The notes under the pieces were generated by a model. It had not been told where the DNA came from. It saw only the letters and a program-made list of their open reading frames with translations, and did no database searches. A program made the position numbers and the translations under genes. A stretch of DNA of 64,000 bases from Octopus bimaculoides (lineage: Eukaryota): NCBI RefSeq assembly GCF_001194135.2, contig NC_069000.1, positions 1,159,079 to 1,223,078 of the forward strand. Direction: 5' to 3'. Each line of letters opens with the position of its first letter. The stretch's first letter is position 1. Below are positions 51,401 to 63,795 of the stretch, piece by piece.

Positions 51401-52600
51401 ACCCATGTGAAGGTGTTCTGATGTTTCTAATTAAACTGTATTCATCTGGACTAGCTCTGAGACTGTCTTGCAATCTGGAGCAGCTGACATCTCTCAACCT
51501 CTTACTGAAGAACATTGATTACCTTTAGAGTCTCTCCAACTGTGGGAGTTGTACCTGACACCTCTTCTAACAACTTAGTATTGTTCCCTGCTCCCCACAT
51601 TCTTCCAGTTTTTCCAGGCCTACCTTTTAGCATTTCTAGTTCCTTATCATGTGTCTCTGGATTAGTCTGGCTCCTGCCCTGGTCTCACTCATCACTATTC
51701 TAGGGTTAGTGGCACATTCTTCACCATGGAATCAGCCATCATCTCTCTTTCCTATTTCTTGTTCACAAGAAACAATCTATTTGGCATATATTCTAGATAT
51801 CTAATCCAGTCCATTCAGTTGGTAAGTGATGAGATCGCTGGCTTGTTTTGGAAATTTAGTGTTTTTAATAGTTATGTCATTTGCATCACAGAGCTTCAAG
51901 CTTCTTAATCTGTCTTTATCACTTATATCATATCCATTAGCTCCACATATACACTGAAGTAAGCGTAATGGTGTGGCTCGACATGACTATTAAAGTTATG
52001 AACCATAATAATGAGGTCATTGACATTGATTATCGAGTTACTCTACAGAAGGACCTCATCAAAACAGTTCTTTTGCTTGTCTGTCTGTCTTGATTGGATG
52101 ACATCATCAGCATCACAACATCTACTTTTCCAGGTTTGCATGGGTCAAGCAGAATTCACTAAGGTGAAATTTTTACAGCCTGTTGCCCTACTTGTCATCA
52201 ATTCCCATCCATTTCCAAGCAAGGCAATATTTCGACACGGCTGGTTGTGTGCTTCATCGGAGACTGGGAATGAAGAGCATAATGTTTGTTTGTTCTCAAC
52301 ACATCTTGGCAGGTTGAGCTGCAAAATATGCCAAAGAAGAAAACTTCCATCCCTTGTGACATTCAACACACTTGACTTATTGGCACAAAGGATTTTGGGA
52401 CTCCAGTGTTTCAATATGTTGTGTCTCATCAGCCAGGAGTTCCCCTGACCTTTGAGTCTGGCCAAGCAGCTGGCCTTTGTTTATAGTTTCAGTGAACAAA
52501 TCTTTGCTGATTGGTGCTTATATAAAATCAATATTTGCACCATGTACAGTAAGATCTGCAATGAATATCTGCATATTTATTATGCATCCATCTAGGCCAG

Positions 52601-52634
<34 letters not shown>

Positions 52635-55600
52635 TGTACGTGTGTTTGTATGTAAATTAAATAGGATTACATAAATATCCAAACTTCATTTGTTTGAATG
52701 ATCTCGATAGACTTTGCATGGCTGAATTATGTAACCTTGTTTCGTTCTCTCACTGGCTCCTCCTTCATTACTTTTCCCTCTGTTATCATTTTCTCTTCTC
52801 TCACTTGGAGATGAGACAACCCTTTGGTGCTGGTAAATGAATGACAGGAAACAACATAGTATGGAGAGGGCTGTTTGGTTTTGCCAGGGACAAGAGATTA
52901 GTTGATGAACAGAGGGACAGTGTAAGGTAGAGAGAACCCTAAGTGTTGCTGCAGTTGAGGCAGCCCCTGTAGTGCTGTTGGTCATGATAGAATGTACCCA
53001 GTATGTATATAAGTGTGTGCGTAGTACACACATTACACCATTCTTGACCCTAGTATCAAATGTTATACATTGCTGGCCACAATGCGCTTCCTTGCAGTAT
53101 TTTCAGATGATGCCACCCACTGACTCGGTGGGGCATCACACTTTATGTATGTATGTGTGGAGGGGAATCTGTATGCTAATATAGGTGTGTATGTGATTGT
53201 GCACATTTATGGAGGCCTTTGGAATTACAGGTGTAACAGAAATAGATGACTTCACAGGAGAGGCAGTTATGAGGATGAATAATTTATACAGGTAGCAGAT
53301 AGATGTGGATTGTGTATGTGATATACAAATACATGTGTGTACATAGATTCATATGTGGAGGCCGGCCTAAATAGATTTTATGAACAGGTGCTTAGATCCA
53401 ATGTGTGGATTTGTAACTAATTTTGTTGTGTCTGTGTTTAGTTTTTGTCTGATTATGTTTTTTCCTTGAAATGTAACGTGATATCCTTCTGTGTAATATT
53501 AATATTCATATTTATGGAGCTTTAATGTATGAAAGAATTTATTCATTGTTTATTTGTTTATTTTGTTATTTTTGAGAGCCTGTTTTTGTGTTCACACACA
53601 GACATTATATATTTGTGGTGACTGTGTCGGTTCACACATCCTGTATTTGTTGTGTTTATCTTCCTCACTTTGTCAAATAATATCATCTTAACTGTCTTTT
53701 TTTCATTTTTAAAGACATTTTCTTTGATAGCAGTTTTAGTTTTTTTTTCCTTTCTTTCTTTCTAAATATTAACCATATTTGGCTGTCTGTCATGTCACTC
53801 TATCACATGGTACATGTTTTTGGAATTGTCTGAATCATTTTTAAAACAATCATGATGTGTCTTTAAGGTTTAAAATGGTATTAGTTTCTGAAGATCCTGC
53901 TGAGGGAGAAAGCAGAGGTACTTTACTAAAATATCATGATTCTGTTTTAAATATTAGCTCTATGGTTATTTGTATAACTTATATTGTATAATCTTTGGAT
54001 TCTGGTCTCCATAAGCATCAACTCAAGTATCAGTGCTGTGGAGTCAATTGTTCAGGTGATATGTCAAAGCTATTTCACCCCAACAAGAATCTCCCAGGTG
54101 TTAAATCCTCACATTCCAGCATGTTGGTGCCAGTTAAAGAGTGAGAATGTAATCAAACGGTGTCACTTGTGTCCACTGAATTGGTCAGCCATTTCCTTTA
54201 TCCAAATTTTCAAGAAAGATGTTTAGTTCAAAGAAATGCTTCATCATGGAATGAGTCCTTCCGTGAGGTATTACCTGACTCCTTTTCTAGTGCATCTCTG
54301 GAGAATAGCATCTATTTTAAGGGTTCACACTACAAAGGCTTCTTGCCTCAGTCTGGCCAATCTCTGTAGCTGCATCATCATAATCTTTTAATCCATCTCT
54401 TGTTGCACAACCCATAATCATCTCAAAACTTCTTGCACTAGCTTCTGGAGATATTTACTCGTGTGATGAGCATGAATGCCTTCTAATCTCTGTCCTAAGT
54501 TTCTTTTCTTTTTCCATCAACAAATCCAACATTAAAGGCTAAAACAGTTGACTCTGTGACATGCATCCATTTTTATTCCATCAGAATGTCTCTTTTAGAC
54601 TTTTATTGAAGTTCTTCCTTATATTTGGCCTCTTCAATTACCATTTTTCTTATATTTTCTCTTTTTACAGAAACTTGATGTTTTCTAACCATTTCTCCAT
54701 TAAAGCCTAAAAAAATGCTGGTGATAAAAAATTAAAAAAACCCCACAAAAACCGATAAAAGTACTTTGCTTTTCACGACTGTAGTTGATGATGTAATTTT
54801 AAAACTTCACTTGATGTCATTGCTATGGTAATTTTGTCGAAAGCAAAAAATCTGATAGTTGTGTTTGTCTTCCAATAGATTTCTCATCCTCTTTTAGTTT
54901 TGAAGTAGATGAACTCTCTCTCTCTTCTCTCTCTCTCTCTCTCTCTCTCTCCTTCAAACACTTTAGGATGAAAACACTGCAAGTGTCTTTATAAATTTGC
55001 TCTTGTAGATGCAGTTATTTTTTTTGTATTAGTAAAACTACTGATATTTACAATTACATATTTTTCGCCCATCATCATCATCATCTACAACACACTGACA
55101 CAGATAATGTTATATTTCTTGTCTGCTTTGATTGTAAACTCTTCAAAACTTGCTGATGTCGTTCTCACCCTTCTTTCCATACGGTTTAAGCCAACGTAAA
55201 TATATTCCGAGAAGAAATAATTGTAAGTTAATCACGTTAGTATTTGTGAAATTGGGAATTTTAATATATTACAATTTACATTTAGTCAGAGAGTCTGTAG
55301 ACTTTTTTACATTTTTACTGATTTCAATTCTGAATCTAGCAACTTAATAATTGCATCTACAGACACTCAACAGCCATCATCATCATCATCATACTTCTTT
55401 ACTCCAATTGTCTGCTTTGGCACGGTTTCTGCAGCTGGATGCCCTTCCTAATGCTAACTACTATACATACATGTATGGATGGATGGCTAGGTAGATAAAG
55501 GGGCGAATATGGCAATGTGGTAAGAAGTTTGCTTTCCAATCAAGTGCATGGAAAAGAGTGGATGTTAAAATAATGATAAAAATGATATATACATTTAAGC

Positions 55601-55796
55601 ATGTGTGTGTGTGTGTGTTGGTTGTGGTTGATAAAGTACCTGGGTGGTGGGTGAGCTTTGTCCTTTTACTTTGAAAGAGGGTTTGGCTGTTTGATAAAAT
55701 ATATCAATATCATAAGGACAAGACAAGAATACTGGAGTCAATGTAATTGACTCCAGTATTCTTAAAGGACTCAAAAGTATCCTTTTTTATATAGAG

Positions 55797-55959
55797 AGGT
55801 GCAGGAGTGGCTGTGTGGTAAGTAGCTTGCTTACCAACCACATGGTTCCGGGTTCAGTCCCACTGCATGGCACCATGGGCAAGTGTCTTCTACTATAGCC
55901 TCGGGCCGACCAAAGCCTTGTGAGTGGATTTGGTAGATGGAAATTGAAAGAAGCCTGTC

Positions 55960-56007
<48 letters not shown>

Positions 56008-56205
56008 GTTTGTGTGTCTGTATTTGTCTCCGACAACTGTTTGACAACCAGTGTTGTTTTGTTTACATCCCTATGACTTAGTAGTTCAACACAAGAGACC
56101 AATAGAATAAGAAGAGCCAGTCTTCAAAAAGCACTGGGTAGATTAAACCCTTGAAGGCCATGCCCCAGCATGGCCAAAGTCTAATGACTGTAACAAGTAA
56201 CAGAT
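55797..56205 (+). mobile_element. Full-length young SINE family A with (TA)n hinge
   Basis: GGTGCAGGAGTGGCTGTGTGGTAAGTAGCTTGCTTACCAACCACATGGTTCCGGGTTCAGTCCCACTG...CTCGGGCCGACCAAAGCC...CCCCAGCATGGCC...AATGACTG. Confidence 0.9.
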
Positions 56206-56953
56206 AACAGATATGTATTTGTGTGTGTAGTTCTAGTAGTGTCAATGTGTTTGTCAATACATTCCAACCTTATAAGATCCAAAGTATTTAAATCTCCCCA
56301 GATACACCATGATTAAAAGAAAAAAAAAGGGATTCCAAACAGAAAAATTGGGTCTTTCCAGTAGTAGTGGTGGTGGGGGTGGCAGTGATAGTATTAGTTG
56401 CAGAAGAATGGTAGAAATATTCTAAAACTGCATTGGAGAAGCTGGAATGGTATTTGGAGCATGTGTCTTGTGCAGCTTTTATGGATGTCATGCACAGTAA
56501 CTAAGTGGATTGATTGTTTTAAATTAAAGCATCGTTAAGGGGGGGGGGGGGAAACAAACAAGCAGCAAATATAAAAAAATAAAAAACTAGAAACAGGAAA
56601 GCCTTCTGGAATATTTGTTATTCCCTTGTAATTCCTCCGTGTGTGTGTGTTGGTTGTTTGGAAACTTTCTCAACACTTGAGAAATACTTGACAATTCTTC
56701 TTTTACTGTTTGTAACAGAATTTTCTTTCTTTCTGAATTGGTTGTTGTTTTGTTCCATTTACTATGTACACACACACACACACACACACACACATATGCA
56801 CAAAACTGACTTTTTGTTTTTCATAGATGTGTGTGTATATATGTTTATATGTATATGTATAGTTGTGTGTGTGTGTGTGTATATACAGACACATATCCTG
56901 AGTGCGCAATAGGTGAACCATGATATGGCAAGGGATTACTGTATGTAAGTGTG

Positions 56954-56984
<31 letters not shown>

Positions 56985-56991
56985 TTATATA

Positions 56992-57200
56992 CAGTAATCC
57001 CTTGCCATATCACGGTTCACCTATCATGCCCTCAGTATATCGTGGATTTTTCTGGCTAATATATGTAAATTCATATCATGGACTCCCCGGTATATCGCGG
57101 GTTTCTGCGGACAATTGGTATTTATAGTTTTTTAGATTTTAATTATTTCTGTGGGAGGTTTTGGAACATAACACCCGCCACGATAGTTGTGGGATTACTG
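56992..57200. mobile_element. Tigger/pogo-type MITE
   Basis: TIRs CAGTAATCCC / GGGATTACTG flanked by TA on both sides (56990-56991, 57201-57202). Confidence 0.8.
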
Positions 57201-57309
57201 TACATGGAGACAGCTATATACATATACACATACATACATACATACATACATATATTTATACATACACAGACATGCAACCACATTTCAAAAGTGGAATAAA
57301 TTGGTCTTG

Positions 57310-57620
57310 TATAAGGAAGAGGATAAGTTGTGTTTAGGGCTGGACTGTCCCCTTCCGTCCCCTGCTCTCCTTTCCTCTACCCCATGTCAATTCTTATTGA
57401 CGTGATGAAGAGAAGACACCCTCTCAAGCCCCGTACAAAGAAAGGGCATCCAGCCATTGGAAATACGCCAAGAGTAGCATGCAGGAGAGCCAGGCATGTG
57501 AAAGGGGGTGGGGCAGGAAGTCTATATAAGGATTGGGGCAGGGGAGAGGAGGGTGTCTCTTTAGTCTTTCTCCCATGGGACATCCTATCTAGTGCTGATG
57601 ACATGGCACCAATGCACTTA
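57310..57620 (+). mobile_element. Scrambled RTE fragments (3' end plus an RT motif piece)
   Basis: GAAAGGGCATCCAGCC tail at ~57440; LPWDILSSADDMA (PWELLYADD-like) at ~57570. Confidence 0.5.
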
Positions 57621-58044
57621 TATGAAACAACAAAGGTTGGCTGTTGGCTGCTGTGTTGCTCTATTGCTGTATGTGTGTGTGTGTGTGAAATGATACGGGG
57701 TGGGCCCAAGGATGAGGTGTCCACTCAATACTGGTATGGAAAAAACAGGCATAAATTATATATATATATATATATATAATTTTTTTCAGAATGAGATAAA
57801 AAACCGAGGCTGTGAAGATTTTAGAACATTTATAAATAGGTCTTTCCCTTTGTCTTGACATCACATAATGGCTGTAAATGAGTATCCCATCATATAAGTT
57901 CATTTCCATGAAAAAACAAAGCTTGGCTATAGGAATGTTGGTGACAGGAAGAGCACCTGGCTAAAGAAAATCTGTTTTAATAAATTTCATCTTACCAATG
58001 CAAACATGGAAAGTAGAAATTAAATGATGAAGATGATTATATAT

Positions 58045-58510
58045 ATTATAAATATATATGTTACCCTGATGGAACAAAATCTCATCGTAACTGTTGAACT
58101 AGCAGAGAAGCTTGGATTTGATCATTCAACCATTCATCGACACTCACACACCATTGGAAAAGTCAGCAAATTGGGTCCGTGGGTTCCTCACAAACTTTCC
58201 AAGTCTAAGTGTGTGCAGAGAGTGAATGTGTGCTTTTCTTTGCTGTCACGTCTCATGAATGAACCTCTTTCAGACCAAATAGTGAAGAAATGAGTTCTCT
58301 ATAAAAAATGTCTTGCCAGGCATTGCTCCATCTGATTATCGTTTATTCCACAATCTTCAAAATCGTATGAACGGAAAAAATATGAATTCTGCAGACGAGG
58401 AGTATTTTTCATCAAGGGCAAAGGAATTTTGGAAGAGGGGCCTTGCGAGTCTACCAAATAGATGGAAGAGCATTGTAGAAAATGAAGGAGAGAGTATTTT
58501 AGATTTTTAA
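58045..58510 (+). mobile_element. Mariner transposase remnant, internally deleted
   Basis: ELAEKLGFDHSTIHRH (HTH), WVPHKL (WVPHEL motif), APSDYRLF (YSPDLAPSDY motif), LPNRWKSIVENEG. Confidence 0.9.
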
Positions 58511-58664
58511 AGTCAAGGTTATTTGGATAAACTGAGACAAAGGCAGTGTATTTCAACAGAAATATGGGACCAAGATGGTTAGAATTAAAATCCCTCACTA
58601 AACTGTAAGGGCTGAGTGCATTTTAAGGCGAGTAACATGTAACTTTGTTGGTTCTTAGTTGTTG

Positions 58665-58854
58665 TTGTTGTTTGGCCCTCAAGTCAGCCATGATTCAGTA
58701 GACCCCTTATGATCAAAGGCATTCCAGTCTTTACACCCAACTCCTATCGATTTTAAGGAGTACAGAATCCATTGTCTCCCACCACCCCTTTTACACCATT
58801 GTGTCTCGCTAATAAATCAATATTTAATGTTATTAAGAAGAGAAAATTACAAAG

Positions 58855-58895
<41 letters not shown>

Positions 58896-59262
58896 TTCCT
58901 TCCTTCCTTTTTCCTCTTCCTCCTCTCTCTCTCTCTCTCTCTCTCTCGCACTTCCTTCCCTTTTCATCTCCTTCCTCTCTCTCTCTCTCTCAAATGGCTG
59001 AAACAATTGAATGAAGTTCAGATGTAGAATTTACATCTTAAATAGTGATGGTGGTGGTGGTGGTGGTTTGGCCCCAAGTCAGCCCTACATCAAAGGGTGT
59101 ATGATCAAAGATATTGATTCCACCCCTACCTTTATATATATCTGTGGACTACATTGTCCAATGTGTTCTTTCTCTTTTAAGACAGTAGAGCTTGATTTGA
59201 GGGTGATTTCATTGCTATTTCTAGCAGACTGAGCTGCTGTGTGGAGGCTTCCTTCTTGGCTC
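58665..59262 (-). mobile_element. Two SINE family D copies (58665-58830, 59065-59262) around a (CT)n tract
   Basis: Both start TTTGGCCC..AAGTCAGCC...TATGATCAAAG; the second ends GATTTGAGGGTGATTTC..TGCTATTTCTAGCAG. Confidence 0.7.
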
Positions 59263-59334
59263 ATATACTACATAGTCGTTGTTGTTTAGCCCCAGCTCGG
59301 GCGTGATCCTAGGACCGCTGTATCACTCAATCAA

Positions 59335-59590
59335 CCAGACTCTTGGATGCTCGTCTCAATGCACTTCTCACACTTTCTTGATTGTGCCATCCTGCTCCAT
59401 TTTGGCCCAAATCTCCTTCCGATGGCCTTTCCCAATCTCTTGGATATAACTTGGCAATTGCACAGGTCCATCAATTGTCTTTGAACCTTTCAACATGTCT
59501 GGTCCAGTTTGAGGGAGGCTTGGCTGCTATTTATAGCTGGTTTAGTGATTTCATTGAGACTCCTTCCTAGCCATGGTTGATTTTGATGCA
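59335..59590 (-). mobile_element. RTE-type LINE C-terminal remnant
   Basis: Minus-strand NWTRHVERFKDN*WTCAIAKLYPRDWERP matches the RTE-like RWAGHV.R..DNRWT.....W.PR..KRP pattern. Confidence 0.65.
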
Positions 59591-60418
59591 ATGCTAGGTA
59601 GAGGAATGCATTTTTTTTTTCTTTTTTTGAAAAGAAATTAGAAAGAAAAAAGATGGTGAAGTAGCAGCCCCACCTAGCTGAAGGTCTTCTCCATTGTGTG
59701 GATGTAGTTTTGTGAATGTGAAGGGGACATTTGATGACAAGATTGTGGGTGGGGGGGGACAATGTGCTGAGAAAGCAAGCATTTAGTGAATGAATGAAGG
59801 ACAAAAGCAGTGTTCAGTCAGGTATACAAGTTTTTCAGAATGGATGCTCTAAATATAGAGTCTGGCTCCTGGGCCTCCTTTTTTTCTCTTTTTTTATATT
59901 TTTTGTTATTTTTTTTCCCCTTTCTAATACTTTTGTAAACCTCACTTCAATGAATTCACCTCACCAACTCCCACTGCCCTCCCCCCATAGGCTATTGGCT
60001 CTCTTAGTCTGTCCACCTGCTCTTCACATCAGGTGTGAATGAGGTTGTTGTTACTGGGAGTTGGTCGTTGCTGTGGTGGTGGTGGTGGGCAGACTTAAAT
60101 GCTAATTAGCAGTTATCATCTTGCCAAACATTGAGAGTCTAGGTGGCATGCAGTGATGAAGATGATGATGATGATGATGGTGAAAGCAAAACAGTTTTTA
60201 ACTGGTGAGTGAGTATTTAGCTATTTGCCTGGCAAACTAATCTAGACTTTATGTAGGTTTAATGGGATCTTTTCTACTCTAACAAAGTCAATTTGCCAAC
60301 ATAATTCTTCTATCTTCTTGCATTCAGTATTTTTAACCCTTAAAAATAACATCCTTTTTTTTTTTTTTTTTGGCCTTCTTTTATGCAACTGCACATAACT
60401 GTTCTAATTGTAGATTCT

Positions 60419-60700
60419 TGGTGTGGCCATGTGGTAAAAGATGCTTCCTAATCATGTGGTTTCGGGTTCTGTCCCACTGTGCCGCTCCTTGGACAAGTGT
60501 CTTCTATAGCTCCAGGTCAACCAAAGCCTTGTGAGTGGATTTGGTTGACGGAAACTAAAAGAAGCCCATTGTGTGTGTGTGTGCGTGTGTACCCGTATAC
60601 CCATCTTAACATCAAATGATGATTGTAAACAAGGTTATGTACTTGCTTCTAGTCTTCTGTGAAAAACCTGTTTGGTCAAGGAACCTCCCCAATACACATG
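60419..60700 (+). mobile_element. SINE family A with 3' module ii
   Basis: GTGTGGCCATGTGGTAAAAG...CCAAAGCCTTGTGAGTGGATTTGG...GATGATTGTAAAC. Confidence 0.75.
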
Positions 60701-61569
60701 CATACAATGTGGCTTCCATGACAAACAGAATGTTCATGGCATGGAATTTTCATGGGAGGGTAAAAAAAAAAAGTGCCCTTCCTTCAGGGGTTGTTTTCAA
60801 GTCCTCATTTTGTTGACATGGTAACAGGTAAGTGTACCTTGCCACACCTCCCTTGTTACTCAGGTCTTAAACAACCAGAACAAATATTACTTAATGCTGC
60901 CAATCCCTCTGCCATTCCTTTTCACTCTCTAACAACTTGACCAATATGTCATGTGTTGCAAGTAAATTAAATTCTTTAGTTGCAAGTTTTGGATTTTGTC
61001 ATATCCTGGCTGTGTGTATTCCAGTTGTTTTATGTTTGTCTTATTCCATTCTTCTTTTTAAATGCCATTTTTAGGTTTTGTTTGTTTTTTATTTATATAT
61101 ATTTTATTTCACTTCATCAAATAAATTATGACTCAATTCTATCAGGTTTCTTTTCTTTTCCTTCATGTTTCTTTCTCAAATTTATCCAGCATCTTCTTTC
61201 GATGGATGTCGACCCCCCCCCCCCTTTTTTTTTCTTTTTCATTCTCTGAAAATGTTATTTGGTTTATTCTATGACTTTTCTTCATCTTATCTGATTCGGT
61301 TTTTTGCCAGAATTTTTGTTGAATAAATTTTTATTATCTTCTTTCTCATTCCTCTTCTTTTCTAATATCTTTTTGATGGTAGTTAGCTCTGAATTATGGC
61401 TAATGTTTTATGCTGGAATTGAAATAATTAAAGAAAATCATGTTTTTCTTTTTCTACTTCTCACTGCATAGCACGTTGGGCAAGTGTCTTCTACTATAGC
61501 CTTGGACTGATCAAAATTTGAGGCAATCATCATTATTATTATTATTATTGTTATTATTATTATTATTAA

Positions 61570-61745
61570 TGGAAGTGAGCTGGCAGAGTTGTTGGCACAC
61601 CGGGCAAAATGCTTAGCGGCATTTCGTCCTTCTTTATGTTCTGAGTTCAAATTCCGCCGAGGTCGACTTTGCCTTTCATCCTTTCAGGGTCAATGAAAGG
61701 CAAAGTACCAGTGGGGTCGATCCAATCGACTGGCCCCCACCCACC
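61570..61745 (+). mobile_element. Young SINE family B
   Basis: GAGCTGGCAGAGTTGTTGGCACACCGGGCAAAATGCTTAGCGG...CCGCCGAGGTCGACTTTGCC. Confidence 0.9.
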
Positions 61746-62154
61746 AATATTAGTATGCTAACATTTTGTTTTTGTACACACCTGCTGTGTGCTTCACATT
61801 TACTTCAAAGAATTGTAAGTGAAAAGGTGTCTGTAGAATCTGTGCAAACCTGTCAAATGGATTGCTCTGGTCTCAACATAAAAGGATGTGATATAAGGAT
61901 ACAAGTTGACATAGTCAAGTAGAGACATAGATAAACATATATTAGCATCATCATCATCAAACAGTATTTTTGCATGCTTACATATTTCTGTGGCTGGAGG
62001 CCCTTCCTGTTGCCAACCCTCGTCTGTTTCCAAGCAAAGTAATATTTCACCATAACTAGACACGCTTTTCATAGAAGACTCGAAACAAACAACCCCACTT
62101 GTATGCCAGCATGTAATGTCTAAACAACACTACACAGAAATACATAGGCACACA

Positions 62155-62276
62155 TTAGGCTTCTTACAGTTTCCCATCTACCAAATCCACTTGTAAAGCT
62201 TTGGTCAGCCCAGGGTTCTCCAAAATGCTGTACATTGGCACTGAACATTAGATCACATGGTTGGGAAGCACAGCCA
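62155..62276 (-). mobile_element. SINE family A, inverted
   Basis: CAGTTTCCCATCTACCAAATCCAC...CACATGGTTGGGAAGCACAGCC. Confidence 0.7.
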
Positions 62277-62345
62277 AACCTGCACACACACACACACAGC
62301 CATTATTAATAATTGGCAGAAGTTTTTATTCATAATAAAAGAAAA

Positions 62346-62382
<37 letters not shown>

Positions 62383-62726
62383 TCATTTTTTGCATTCTAT
62401 GCATTACCAAACCTATACACACACACATGCACACACACACATGCACATGCATGTGCATGTGCTTGCCAAGCGAACTTCTTAACCACATGGCTTTGAAACC
62501 AAAACAAAACCAACGATAGCAACTGTTGTTTTTTTCCATTCTCTTTGCCTTCTTGTTGACATTTTATGATAAACTGCAGCAAGGATTAAAAAGGCCAGTT
62601 TACGTTGTGTTGAGGTGATTTAAGTCAATGTCAGTTTGTTATTGTTATTGTTTATATTTGTTATCAACGTTTTTATCTCTGGTGTGTGTGTGTGTGTGAG
62701 GATGGGCATGGAAATAACATTCCTTT

Positions 62727-62900
62727 ATACAGGGTGTTTAAAAAGTCTCCGCGGTGAATTGTGGGATCGATATTTTTTGAAGACACCACCAACACTGAGA
62801 GACATTGCTCAAATATTGTCTCTCCATTTGTAAGACCAACTCACTGAAAGTGAAATTAATAATGCATACTTTCAGCAAGAGAGCCATGATACATATTGTC
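62727..62900 (+). mobile_element. Tc1/mariner-superfamily fragment
   Basis: TA-CAGGGTGT terminus; NNAYFQQ-(D)GA-like catalytic motif remnant at ~62860. Confidence 0.45.
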
Positions 62901-62941
62901 CTTTGCCATAGATTTTCCAGTTTTATGTCAGCTCTGAGATA

Positions 62942-63140
62942 TTAAACCCTTTTGTTACCATTTTACTATTGAAAAACACTGCGTTTGTTCCAATTAATTT
63001 AGAAAATAATTAAGATTTTAGTAAAATTGTCACTACTAAGCTGGTGTTTGGAACATAAATTACCATGAAGATTATTTGCACGAAAGCTTATGTTGAAATC
63101 ACTTTAAAACAGGAAGTTTATGTCATGAAAACTAGAACCA
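62942..63140 (+). mobile_element. Possible TTAA-CCC-type (piggyBac-like) MITE, truncated
   Basis: Starts TTAAACCCTTTTGTTACC; the AT-rich body resembles a common octopus repeat as I recall it (not searched); no matching 3' end seen. Confidence 0.35.
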
Positions 63141-63644
63141 TCTCTGGCAGATTAGCTGCAAGCATTGTGTCTCTCTCCATTTTACTTTTAAGCTGACATT
63201 CTGCAGTATGTCTTTCTATGTCCTTCATTTTGTAAAGGTGATATGTTCCAGTTTTAGGAGATTTTGTTATTGCTTCTGGCAGATAGGTTTACATTAAAAT
63301 AAGATTATAAATTTGCCTAGACGTAGGCCTGTGTTTGTCCCATAAATAATGTTTATCAGTGGGGAAATATTTACAACACGAGCCATTGTGATTGTTCTAA
63401 AATATGATTATGCTGCAATGGAATCTAAATGGAAATGAGAATGAGTCAGCCGGTCATTATTCCAAATATTATCCTTGTCAATAAAAGCAAACATCGCACT
63501 AAATGCTTTGCTTTTGTCAAACTGAAAAATTAAAACTGTCCTCAATAAAGATGGAAGAAGTCATTATAAATAAATAAATATTTCCCAAAACACATAAAAG
63601 TGTCATAGTTTACAGAAGTGCTTCATAAACATGTATCAGTTGGT

Positions 63645-63795
63645 GCAGGTGTGGCTGGCTGTCTGGTTAAGAAGTCTGTTTCCCAACCACGGGGTCTTGG
63701 GTTCAGTCCCAGGCAAGTGTTTTCTACTACAGCCTTGGCTTTACCAAAGCCTTGGGAGTAGATTTGGTAAATGGAAACTGAGAGAAGCTGTTAGG
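63645..63795 (+). mobile_element. SINE family A head+core
   Basis: GGTGCAGGTGTGGCTG...TTCCCAACCACGGGG...GGGTTCAGTCCC...GATTTGGTAAATGGAAACTGAGAGAAG. Confidence 0.8.

Noticed and set aside
52686-53033. 115-aa minus-strand ORF in unique sequence
   Set aside because: No recognisable domain; its start lies in a microsatellite-like tract and its length is within chance expectation.
53886-53925. CTGAAGA-TCC-TGCTGAG-GGA-GAAA hammerhead-like string
   Set aside because: No compatible stem I or stem III for any hammerhead topology.
53960-54900. Minus-strand stretch faintly resembling a decayed DNA transposase (RWIKRL, KWLTN)
   Set aside because: Too many stops and no diagnostic motif to assign a family.
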